Source of the DNA: an uncultured Planctomycetia bacterium
GTDB lineage: Bacteria > Planctomycetota > JAKEIC01 > CAZDSO01
Assembly: GCA_964508045.1 (NCBI GenBank)
Contig: CAZDSO010000001.1
Span: 746 to 64,745 of the forward strand
Length of the DNA stretch: 64,000 bases
Reading direction: 5' to 3'
Position numbers and translations under genes: made by a program. This document shows positions 19,529 to 27,588 of the stretch, piece by piece. How positions within the stretch are numbered: the first letter of the stretch is position 1; each line of letters starts with the position of its first letter. The notes under the pieces are model-generated. The model did not search any database and was not told where the DNA came from. It saw nothing but the letters and a program-made list of their open reading frames with translations.

Positions 19529-20932
19529 TCACGGCGAAGGCGCGGGCTCGCGCAGGCAGGTCCAGAGCAGCGGGATCATGATCTCGTGGTGGCCGGTGAG
19601 CTCGATGCCCTCCGCGTCCGGCCGGTCCAAGACGTTCACCTTCGGGCGGTAGTGCCGGATCATGTCCAGGTTCGCCGTGGTGGTTCCCGAGATCGGCCCG
19701 TAGAGGTTGGTCGCGAGGTTCAGGGCCTTGAGGAAGACCTCGGGCAGGATCACGGCCGAGCCGACGTTCACCCACACCCCCCCCTTCGAGAGGCGGGGAA
19801 GGGCCTCGACGAGGCGGTGGAAGTCGATCTCCGACGCGCGCCCCAGCGCCCGCCCGCTGTGCCCCGGATGCATGGCCGTGATCTCCGCGCCCGGCGCCGG
19901 GAAGACGCAGACCGGCACTCCCTTCTCGCGGGCCCGCGCGAGCACGCTGTGTTCCCGGTGCGGCAGGTCCTTCTCCAGGATGTAGGCGCCCGCCGCGCGG
20001 CCGAGCCCGGGGCCCGCGGCCCCGGCCTCGACGATCTCGGCGAAGGCGTCGCCCGTTTCCCGGGCCATGCCAAAGGCGCCCTCGCCGAGGCTTCCGGCCA
20101 CGTCCTCGGAGGTGCGCCCGCAGAGGGCGATTTCCAGGTCGTGGATGGGAACGGCCCCGTTGCAGGCCAAAAGCGAGATCCAGCCCTCGTCGATCATCGC
20201 CCTGAGGTAGGGCGCGAGGCCCACCTTCACGGTGTGGCCGCCCAGCGCCCAGCCGAGCAGCCGTCCCGCATCCCGGGCGCGCCGAAGGGCCTTCACGAGC
20301 CGCTTGAGCCCCTTCGCGGCCAGGACGTCCGGGAGGTGTTCGAGAAACCGCGCGCCCGCGAAGGCGCCCGGCTCCGGCAGGACGGGGAAATCCTCGACGG
20401 AGACGAGGCTTTTCCTGTCGCCCAGGGCGTAGCGTTTCGGCCCGGCGATCCACGACAGCAGGGCCGGCCCCGCTCCGACGTCGAACACGGCCGCCAGGCC
20501 CGCGCGCCTTCCCGCTTCCAGGTCGGAATCCGCGTCGCCGACGAGGGCGGAGCGGGACGGGTCGAGGTCCAGATCGTCGAGGGCCTGCAACAGCATCCCG
20601 GGCTCGGGTTTCCGGCAGGAGCAGGGGGCGCCGTCCGGCGGGGGGAAGTCCGGGTGGTGCGGGCAGTGGTAGAAGGCGTCGAGGGGGGCCTGCCGCTCAT
20701 CGAAGTCCCGCCGCACCCGCTCGTTGACGGCGCGGACGTCCGCTTCCGTGTACATCCCCCGCGCCACGCCGGACTGGTTGCTGACGACGACCGTGGAAAA
20801 CCCCGCCTTCTTCGCGGCGCGGACCCACGACACGGCCTCGGGGCGGACGCGGACCTTTCCAGGGTCGGACAGGTACGCCTCGTTCTCGATCAGCGTCCCG
20901 TCGCGGTCGAAGAAGACGGCTTTTCCGGGCAT
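19529..20932 (-). CDS. gmhB: D,D-heptose 1,7-bisphosphate phosphatase (HAD) fused to a deoxyhypusine-synthase-like domain
   Basis: The ATG at 20932 gives MPGKAVFFDRDGTL (DxDGT), then VVSNQSGVARG, CSCRKPEPGM and GDADSDLEAG, which are GmhB motifs. The C-terminal ~290 aa (GLAPYLRAMIDEGWISLLACNGAVPIHDLE...GVWVNVGSAVILPE) resembles DHS-like NAD-binding proteins. Confidence 0.8.
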   Translation of the reverse strand: MPGKAVFFDRDGTLIENEAYLSDPGKVRVRPEAVSWVRAAKKAGFSTVVVSNQSGVARGMYTEADVRAVNERVRRDFDERQAPLDAFYHCPHHPDFPPPDGAPCSCRKPEPGMLLQALDDLDLDPSRSALVGDADSDLEAGRRAGLAAVFDVGAGPALLSWIAGPKRYALGDRKSLVSVEDFPVLPEPGAFAGARFLEHLPDVLAAKGLKRLVKALRRARDAGRLLGWALGGHTVKVGLAPYLRAMIDEGWISLLACNGAVPIHDLEIALCGRTSEDVAGSLGEGAFGMARETGDAFAEIVEAGAAGPGLGRAAGAYILEKDLPHREHSVLARAREKGVPVCVFPAPGAEITAMHPGHSGRALGRASEIDFHRLVEALPRLSKGGVWVNVGSAVILPEVFLKALNLATNLYGPISGTTTANLDMIRHYRPKVNVLDRPDAEGIELTGHHEIMIPLLWTCLREPAPSP

Positions 20933-21085
20933 GGGTCTCCCGCCAGACGCCCTCGGGTTGCAAGACAAGCCGATTCGAGCCGTTCGTGGTGCAGGCACGT
21001 CATGGCCCTCTCTTCCTTACGAACGTCAGCCCTCGCCCCATAAGAACGGCCACAGCACGAATGGCTCGATTCCGGTTCGGTCCCC

Positions 21086-22012
21086 CTACGTATTGACCTG
21101 GAAGGTCGTATCGCCCTTCTCGAAGAACCCGATGATCTGTCGGGCCGCCGCGACGCCGGCGTTGACGTTGGCCTCGGCTGTCTGGGCGCCCATCTTCTTG
21201 GGCGTGAAGAAGCACTGGTCGGCGAAGGACGACAGGAACGCGTCCTGCCGGTCCGGGGCGATGTCGGAGGCGTACTTCAGATCGCCCCGCTCGGCCAGGG
21301 CGCGCAACAGGCCCTCCTCATCGATGATCTCCTTGCGGGCCGTGTTCACGAGGCACGCGCCCGGCTTCATCTCCATCGCGGCGTCGTAGCCGATGCAGCC
21401 CAGGTTGTCCTTCGTGGCGGGGATGTGCAGCGAGACGTAGTCGCCCCGGGAGAACACCTCGGGTCGCTGCTCGCACCGGTGGACGCCCTCCGCCTCGAAG
21501 CAGGAGGCTTCCACCCAGGGGTCCAGGCTCTCGACCTCCATGTCCAGCCCCCGGGCGAGCTTCGCCAGCCGCCGTCCGACGGCGCCGAAGCCCAGGAGTC
21601 CCAGCGTCTTGCCCTTGAGTTCGGTGCCCGGCTTGCCGTTGAACTGGTTGCGGGCCATGTAGATCATCATGCCGATGGCCAGCTCGGCCACCGCGTTGGC
21701 GTTCTGCCCCGGCGTGTTCATCACGACCACGCCCTGGTCCGAGGCGGCCTGGCAGTCGACGTTGTCGTATCCCGCCCCCGCCCTCACCACGATCTTCAGA
21801 TCCTTCGCGGCGTCGAGCACCTCGCCGTCCACCTTGTCGGATCGCACGACCAGGGCGTTCACGCCCGGCAGCGCGGAGAGGAACTTCCCCTTGTCCCCGT
21901 ATTTCTCCAGCAGGACGAGCTCGTACCCCTTTCCCTTCAGGAGGGCCTCCACCTCTTCGACGGCGGCCGGGGCGAACGGTTTCGCGGTGGCGATCAGCAC
22001 TTTCTTCGACAC
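21086..22012 (-). CDS. D-isomer-specific 2-hydroxyacid dehydrogenase (short phosphoglycerate-dehydrogenase-like)
   Basis: NAD-binding GLLGFGAVGRRLA. Also DYVSLHIP and LVNTARKEIID. 308 aa. Confidence 0.85.
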   Translation of the reverse strand: MSKKVLIATAKPFAPAAVEEVEALLKGKGYELVLLEKYGDKGKFLSALPGVNALVVRSDKVDGEVLDAAKDLKIVVRAGAGYDNVDCQAASDQGVVVMNTPGQNANAVAELAIGMMIYMARNQFNGKPGTELKGKTLGLLGFGAVGRRLAKLARGLDMEVESLDPWVEASCFEAEGVHRCEQRPEVFSRGDYVSLHIPATKDNLGCIGYDAAMEMKPGACLVNTARKEIIDEEGLLRALAERGDLKYASDIAPDRQDAFLSSFADQCFFTPKKMGAQTAEANVNAGVAAARQIIGFFEKGDTTFQVNT

Positions 22013-22166
22013 GGCTTGCTCCTTTCCATCGGGTCCGGAAGGTCATGAAAGCGGTGTAGTGTGGATCCGGGGCCGCGGGGCTGTCAACACCTCCGGCGAG
22101 CCGATCACGACGGTTTCAAAAGGGCCTTGCCGGCCCAGCCGCCGAGGCGCTGCAGGATCCGCCCCC

Positions 22167-23792
22167 TCACCGCTCCTTGAGCTCCGCCATGACGCCGTCC
22201 ATGTCCTCCACGGCGCCCTGCGCGAGGGAGACGAGGTCGATCTCCTTGAGCCGCGCGGCCCACGTCCCGTCCGCGTCGGCGCCCGTGCCGATCGTGATCC
22301 GGGAAGCGCAGGCGACGGCCTTCGCCACGGCCTCGGACGCGAAGAGCCGCGCCGCGCGTTTCAGCGAGTCCGCCGAGAGCGCGCCGCCTTTCCCCGCCGC
22401 GGCCTTCCGGCACAGCGCCAGGGCCGTCTCCGTCCACGTGGCCATGTCGGCGATGTTGAACATCACGTGCTGCTCGCGCGTGAGCTTGCGCTTCTTGGCG
22501 AAGCCGACGATCTCCGAGAGAAGACGCGCGGCCGGCGCCAGCCTCGGCCCTCCGGTCTCGGGCGCCATGGCGGCGAGCGCGTCGGCCCGGTCGCCGTAGT
22601 AGCGCCCCTTGCTCCGGAATTCCGTCCGGAACCGGAACAGACCGATGATGTTCTGCTGGATCTCGCTCGTGCCCTCGTAGATGCAGGTGATCTTCACGTC
22701 CCGCTTGATCTTCTCCACCTCGAACTCGCGGATGTACCCGTACCCCCCCAGCGCCTGGATGGCGTCGTTCGCGGCGGCATCGCCCGCTTCCGTGGCGAAG
22801 TACTTCGCGATGGACCCCTCCACCTGGAGGTCGGTCTCCTGGCCGTCGAGCCGGTCCGCGACCTCCTCGATGTAGGCGCGCGCCGCCTCCAGGCGGACCC
22901 AGTTCGGCACCAGCAGCTTGTGCGTGTAGCCCTGGAACTCGACGAGCGGCTTGCCGAACTGGCGGCGGTCCTTCGCGTACGCCAGCGCCTGCTCCATCGC
23001 CGCCATGCCCCCGCCCAGCCCGAACGCCGCCACCATCAGCCGCGTGTACCCGAACACCTCGTTGGCCTGCTTGAGGCCCTGGCCCTCCGCCTCCCCCACG
23101 AGATTCTCCGCCGGCACGACCATGTCCTCGAACACCAGCGGCGCCGTGTTCGAGCACCGGATCCCGTGCTTGTCCTCGTGCTTGCCGGGCTTGAGACCCT
23201 CCGTGTCCTTCTCCACGATGAAGAACGAGGGGCCGTCCGGCGCGTTGGCCAGCACCGTGAGGATCTCGGCGTACCCCCCGTTGGTGCAGAACTGCTTCGC
23301 GCCGTTGATCCTGTACCCCGTCACCGCGCCCGAGGCGTCCGTCACCCGCTCGGCGGTGGTCTTGATCGACTGCAGGTTGCTCCCCGCCTCGGGTTCCGTC
23401 ACGGCGTAGCCCACGATCGTCCCGTCGGCGATCTTCCCGAGCCACTTGTCCTTCTGCGCCTCCGTGCACCCGACGATGATGGGGTCCGTCCCCAGCGAGA
23501 TGGCCAGAAAGGCCGTCGCGACCCCGAGGTCCGCCTTGGCCATCTCCTCCGAGAGCAGCGCGATGTCCCGGGCCCCGCCCCCGAACCCTCCCTGCGACTC
23601 GGGAAGAAACACCAGCTGGAGACCGATCTCCTCGCTCAGCATCTCCCGGATCAGATCCAGCGGAAATTCCTGGGTGGCGTCCCATTCGAGCTTCTCGTCC
23701 AGCTGCAGTTTCCGTTCCGCGAGCCCCTTGAAGGTCCCCCGGATCATCTCGAATGTTTCCCGGTCCAGACCCGTCATCTCTCTCATGACCAC
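22167..23792 (-). CDS. acyl-CoA dehydrogenase with C-terminal extension
   Basis: YAVTEPEAGSN, FCTNGGYA, catalytic-base region IYEGTSEIQ. An extra ~150 aa of helical tail follows. Confidence 0.9.
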   Translation of the reverse strand: MVMREMTGLDRETFEMIRGTFKGLAERKLQLDEKLEWDATQEFPLDLIREMLSEEIGLQLVFLPESQGGFGGGARDIALLSEEMAKADLGVATAFLAISLGTDPIIVGCTEAQKDKWLGKIADGTIVGYAVTEPEAGSNLQSIKTTAERVTDASGAVTGYRINGAKQFCTNGGYAEILTVLANAPDGPSFFIVEKDTEGLKPGKHEDKHGIRCSNTAPLVFEDMVVPAENLVGEAEGQGLKQANEVFGYTRLMVAAFGLGGGMAAMEQALAYAKDRRQFGKPLVEFQGYTHKLLVPNWVRLEAARAYIEEVADRLDGQETDLQVEGSIAKYFATEAGDAAANDAIQALGGYGYIREFEVEKIKRDVKITCIYEGTSEIQQNIIGLFRFRTEFRSKGRYYGDRADALAAMAPETGGPRLAPAARLLSEIVGFAKKRKLTREQHVMFNIADMATWTETALALCRKAAAGKGGALSADSLKRAARLFASEAVAKAVACASRITIGTGADADGTWAARLKEIDLVSLAQGAVEDMDGVMAELKER

Positions 23793-23964
23793 CTCTTCGC
23801 TCGTCTTCAGCCGCGTGTCCGGGGGATGCCTCTCCCCGAAAAGGGAAAGATTCTATTCCATCCGGCGCCCCTTGCCAATGCAATTCCACGGCGAGGCTTT
23901 CGCCCGGCCGCGGGCGCGCGTACAATGCCCGCGGCAGGGGACGCGTGACCTTCGCGGGGAGATC

Positions 23965-24663
23965 ATGGAGCCGATACGATTCCAGCCCGGCCTCCGGGCG
24001 CTTGCGCGCCGTTTCGCTTCCGTCTCGCCGGTGTGCGCCGTCCTGGCCTTGACGGCGCTGGTGTCCGTTCCCGCCCGCCTGTACGCGGATCCCGGCCCGG
24101 CGCAAGATGCCGGGACGAGCGTGCGGCGCTACCTCGGGCGGGGGCTCTCCGATCTCGCCCCCGTGCTCGAAAACGAGATGAAGTCCTATCCGGCGGGGCC
24201 GTCCCCCGGCCTTCCCGCGGACCTCTATGCCGATTCGGACTTCTTGGAGCGGGGCCATCGCTCCCCCTGGGTTTCCGGCCTCGCTTCGCTGGTCCTGCCC
24301 GGCGCGGGCCAGTTCTACAACGGGACGGCCCCCCAGGCCTTCACGCTCGAAGGCTACGACCTCTGGATGTACGGCCAGGGCGGGGTTCACCTGTTGACGT
24401 TCGGCCTCTCGGTCTTCTTCCAGTTCAAGGGACTTCGGGTGGCGTGGGTGGGCTCCGGCGGCGCCGACGAGATCACCGAGCGGGACGCGCAGGTCTGGAG
24501 GATCATCCACGTGGTGAACGCCCTGGTCGCGGCCGGCACCGCCTATCTCGAAACCCGCCTCCTCAACGCTTCCGCGCTCGCCTACGTCCGCAAGGTCCGC
24601 ATGCGTGTCTTTTACGATCCCCGGGAGCGCGCCGCCTGCCTGGAGGTCGGATGCCGCTTCTGA
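23965..24663 (+). CDS. hypothetical exported/membrane protein
   Basis: The ATG at 23965 gives MEPIRFQPGLRALARRFASVSPVCAVLALTALVSVPARLYA (signal-like). A hydrophobic segment VSGLASLVLPGAGQFYNG is present. The upstream part of the track ORF overlaps the ACAD gene region. Confidence 0.55.
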   Translation: MEPIRFQPGLRALARRFASVSPVCAVLALTALVSVPARLYADPGPAQDAGTSVRRYLGRGLSDLAPVLENEMKSYPAGPSPGLPADLYADSDFLERGHRSPWVSGLASLVLPGAGQFYNGTAPQAFTLEGYDLWMYGQGGVHLLTFGLSVFFQFKGLRVAWVGSGGADEITERDAQVWRIIHVVNALVAAGTAYLETRLLNASALAYVRKVRMRVFYDPRERAACLEVGCRF

Positions 24664-24758
24664 ACGGTGGGGGCCGGTCCTTCTCCGCGGGGGTGGCTTC
24701 CGTCCGGCCTGTTTGCGAGAATGCGGTACCCCCCCTGGTTGCTATTTCGAGACGAGCG

Positions 24759-26669
24759 ATGATGCGCGGTGGATGCGTGTACGGCGTCTTCGTTTTCCTC
24801 GGTTTCCTGCTCCTCCTGTTCGTCCCGGCCCGGGCCGCCGAGGAGGGCGCGGAGGCGAAAGAGATCCGCCGGCACGCGGACGATCTCGTCGTGTTGATGG
24901 AGGCGTTCGCGGAAGCGGGGCGCTGGGCGGACGCCGCCGCCAAGGGGCGCGACGCGAGCCGCTTCTACCTCGCTGCCGGCGACGCCCGCCAGGCGGGCCG
25001 GGTGCTGACGCGGCTGGGGGCGGTCTGCATCCGGGGGGACCGCGTGGCGGAGGGGATCCGGGAGCTGAAGGCGGCGCTCGAGCTTCAACAGCGCATCGGG
25101 GACCCGGTGGGGGCCTGCCTCTCGCTGGACCTCCTCGCCCGGGAGGCCGTGAAGGGGCCCGACCCGACGGAAGCGCTTCCCTGGCTCTTCGAGGGCTTCG
25201 AGACCGTGCTGGCGCACGATCTCCGGGGGGCCTACGTCCGCCTGGCCCGGACCGCCGAGCGTGTCCGCGCCTCGTTTCGATCCAGGAAACCGGCGCCGGG
25301 GTCCTACTTCGACGTGGTCGAGAGGGAGATCGATTTCCATCGGAACGCGGGCTGGCCGCACAGCGCGGAGCGGTTGATGGACGAGCGGGTGTACGTGTTG
25401 ACCCGGGACGAACGCTGGGATGCGGCGGCTTCCAGGCTCCGGGAGTACGTCGCCTTCCAGGAGAGTCGCGGGTACCGTTTCGGGGTGGCCTTCGGCTGGC
25501 ACAAGCTGGGGCTGGTCCTTTCCCAGGACGAGGGCCTGGGGGCGGAGAGGTTCCGCAAGGCCGACGAGGCGTACCGGATGGCCCAGCGCCTCCGGGAGGA
25601 GATCGGGGACGAGGCCAACCTCGCCTGGACGCTCAACAACCGGGGCTATCTGATGCTGGTGCAGGATCGCTTCGATCCGGCGCGGGTTCTCATCGAGCGG
25701 GCGATTCCGCTGTTCAAGAAGTACCACGCCCGGGATGGATTGGAGACGGCGCTGGCGAACCTCTCGAACCTCGCATCCGAGGCCGGTCTTGGGGATCTGG
25801 AACGGGAGGTCCAAGAGGAAAAGAAGGAGGCGGAGGGCGGGGAGGCGCCCGATCCGGTGCCGTTCATGTTTTCGCCGAAGCGGGAATCGAGGGCGTACTA
25901 CATCTTTCTCCGGGCGGGGGACCGCGAGCCGGTGGTGCGGGTGGAGGGGAGGGAGTCCTCGATCGGGTTTGTGGTCCTGTCGACGGGAGAAGAATTCGAG
26001 GTCCCGGTGGATCCCCGGCCGAAGACCGTCCGGATCTCGTTCAAGGCCCCCTCTTCCTTTTTGTCCCGCGAGACGCCGCCGGTGGCGCAATGCGAGTTCA
26101 AGTTGCCGGGGGGCCGGACGGTTTCGTACGGGCCGTGCTTCCTTTTTCTGGAGGCGGGGGCGCGGGCGCTGGCGAACCGGGAGGCGGACGGCAATTTCCG
26201 CCTGCCGGGGGATCGGCCCGGCACGGGAAAGGAGGCAGGGGAGGAGATCGCGGTCGGGGGTTCGTGGACGTATCCGGACGCGTCGACGCCGCCGAACGCC
26301 CTGCGAACGGCGGTGGCGGCCATGAGGCGTGGGCGCTGGGAGGATTTCCAGAGGGCAACGAGCCGCTTCGCCCTGTCGTGGATCGACCGTGAATCCTTCG
26401 AATCGACGGCGGAGAAGCTCGATGTGCTTCCGGTGGAAATCTGCCTGGAGAGCGGGAAAAGGCGAAACCCCGCCTGGGTGGAGATCCGTTATTCCTACAG
26501 GGTTCTGTGGGAGGAAGCGCTGGAGGGGATCGAGGGGGATCCGGCGCGTCGGTCCAGACGCGAGGCGCTGGAGGCGCGGTTCGCGGAGGCCTACGGGGAG
26601 AACCGGTACGTGGCGTTCCTGGTGCGTGAGGGGAGGGAATGGCGTCTGGATTTTCTGGACCGCGAGTGA
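24759..26669 (+). CDS. TPR-repeat protein with N-terminal signal/anchor
   Basis: The ATG at 24759 gives MMRGGCVYGVFVFLGFLLLLFVPARA. It is followed by TPR-like helical repeats (A..Y..AGD...A......A) and a beta-rich C-terminal half. Confidence 0.7.
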   Translation: MMRGGCVYGVFVFLGFLLLLFVPARAAEEGAEAKEIRRHADDLVVLMEAFAEAGRWADAAAKGRDASRFYLAAGDARQAGRVLTRLGAVCIRGDRVAEGIRELKAALELQQRIGDPVGACLSLDLLAREAVKGPDPTEALPWLFEGFETVLAHDLRGAYVRLARTAERVRASFRSRKPAPGSYFDVVEREIDFHRNAGWPHSAERLMDERVYVLTRDERWDAAASRLREYVAFQESRGYRFGVAFGWHKLGLVLSQDEGLGAERFRKADEAYRMAQRLREEIGDEANLAWTLNNRGYLMLVQDRFDPARVLIERAIPLFKKYHARDGLETALANLSNLASEAGLGDLEREVQEEKKEAEGGEAPDPVPFMFSPKRESRAYYIFLRAGDREPVVRVEGRESSIGFVVLSTGEEFEVPVDPRPKTVRISFKAPSSFLSRETPPVAQCEFKLPGGRTVSYGPCFLFLEAGARALANREADGNFRLPGDRPGTGKEAGEEIAVGGSWTYPDASTPPNALRTAVAAMRRGRWEDFQRATSRFALSWIDRESFESTAEKLDVLPVEICLESGKRRNPAWVEIRYSYRVLWEEALEGIEGDPARRSRREALEARFAEAYGENRYVAFLVREGREWRLDFLDRE

Positions 26670-26680
26670 GGCGAGTTCGG

Positions 26681-26709
26681 TTGTAGGCGTCGGGCGGTTG
26701 TGGTATAAG
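26681..26709 (+). promoter_or_regulatory. candidate sigma-70-type promoter
   Basis: TTGTAG (26681-86), 17-nt spacer, TATAAG (26704-09). It lies about 65 nt upstream of the ATG at 26776, which has an AAGGAGGA ribosome-binding site. Confidence 0.25.
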
Positions 26710-26775
26710 AAGTTCATGGAGACCCGTGTGGACGAGGGTCCCCCCGGTCACCGAAAGAGATCACAAGGAGGAAGC

Positions 26776-27168
26776 ATGCGGGAGAGAATCTTCGGGGTGG
26801 CGGTCGTGGGCCTGGTGGCCCTGATCGCCGTATTGAGCGTTCTGGCGATCCAGACGTGGAGCGGCACGCAAGCGGAAGCGGAAACCGCGATGAACGCCCC
26901 CAACATGCTGGCGGTGACCGGGCGCGTCGGAGCGGACTTCAGCGTCCTGTACGTGATCGACACCGACAAGAAGCAGATGGCGGTCTACACGTCGCCGGGG
27001 GGGCGCGGGATCCAGTTCGTCGGGGCCCGCCGCATCCTCTACGATTTCGAGCTGGTGTCCTACAATGACGGCTCGCCGCGGCAGTACCAGGTGCAGAACC
27101 TCGCCACGAAGTACCGGGAACACAAGTTGAAGGGCGAGGAGGGCGGCAGCAACAGGGGTCGACGGTAA
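26776..27168 (+). CDS. small membrane-anchored protein, unknown family (paralog 1)
   Basis: AAGGAGGA RBS. N-terminal TM segment FGVAVVGLVALIAVLSVLAI. The core SVLYVIDTDKKQMAVYTSPGGRGIQFVGARRILYDFELVS is shared with the next gene. Confidence 0.7.
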   Translation: MRERIFGVAVVGLVALIAVLSVLAIQTWSGTQAEAETAMNAPNMLAVTGRVGADFSVLYVIDTDKKQMAVYTSPGGRGIQFVGARRILYDFELVSYNDGSPRQYQVQNLATKYREHKLKGEEGGSNRGRR

Positions 27169-27180
27169 GGAGGACAGGCG

Positions 27181-27588
27181 ATGAAACGGAACAGACACTT
27201 CATCCTGCTCGGACTCCTGACCGCCGTGGCTCTCCTTCTGGTCGTGCTCGTGGTGGGGTACAACCGGGAGACCGCCCTGGCCCAGGACTCCGAGACGCGG
27301 CAGGGGCCGCCCAGCATTCTGGCCGCGACGGGCGCGTGCCGGCTCGGTTCGGAAGTGAGCGTCCTCTACGTGATCGATGCGGAGAAGAAGCAGCTCGCCG
27401 TCTACAGCGCCTTCGGGGGCCGGGAGATCCAGTTCGTGGCGGCGCGGAAGATCTTCTACGATTTCGAGCTGATGTCGGCGAACGACAACACGCCGCGGGT
27501 CTTCTCCGTCCAGAACCTGAAGCGGCAGTACGAGGCCTACAAGAAGAAGAAGGAAGGCGAGTCCAAGAGGCCGCCCCGTCGCCGCTGA
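27181..27588 (+). CDS. small membrane-anchored protein, unknown family (paralog 2)
   Basis: GGAGGA RBS. TM segment FILLGLLTAVALLLVVLVVG. The core is SVLYVIDAEKKQLAVYSAFGGREIQFVAARKIFYDFELMS. In my hand alignment 37 of 54 core positions are identical to paralog 1. Confidence 0.7.
   Translation: MKRNRHFILLGLLTAVALLLVVLVVGYNRETALAQDSETRQGPPSILAATGACRLGSEVSVLYVIDAEKKQLAVYSAFGGREIQFVAARKIFYDFELMSANDNTPRVFSVQNLKRQYEAYKKKKEGESKRPPRRR

Noticed and set aside
16184-19581. 842-aa (minus) and 1,121-aa (plus) ORFs overlapping the thiolase, hldE and NTase genes
   Set aside because: Same high-GC artefact. The alternative frames contain the unmistakable thiolase and HldE signatures.
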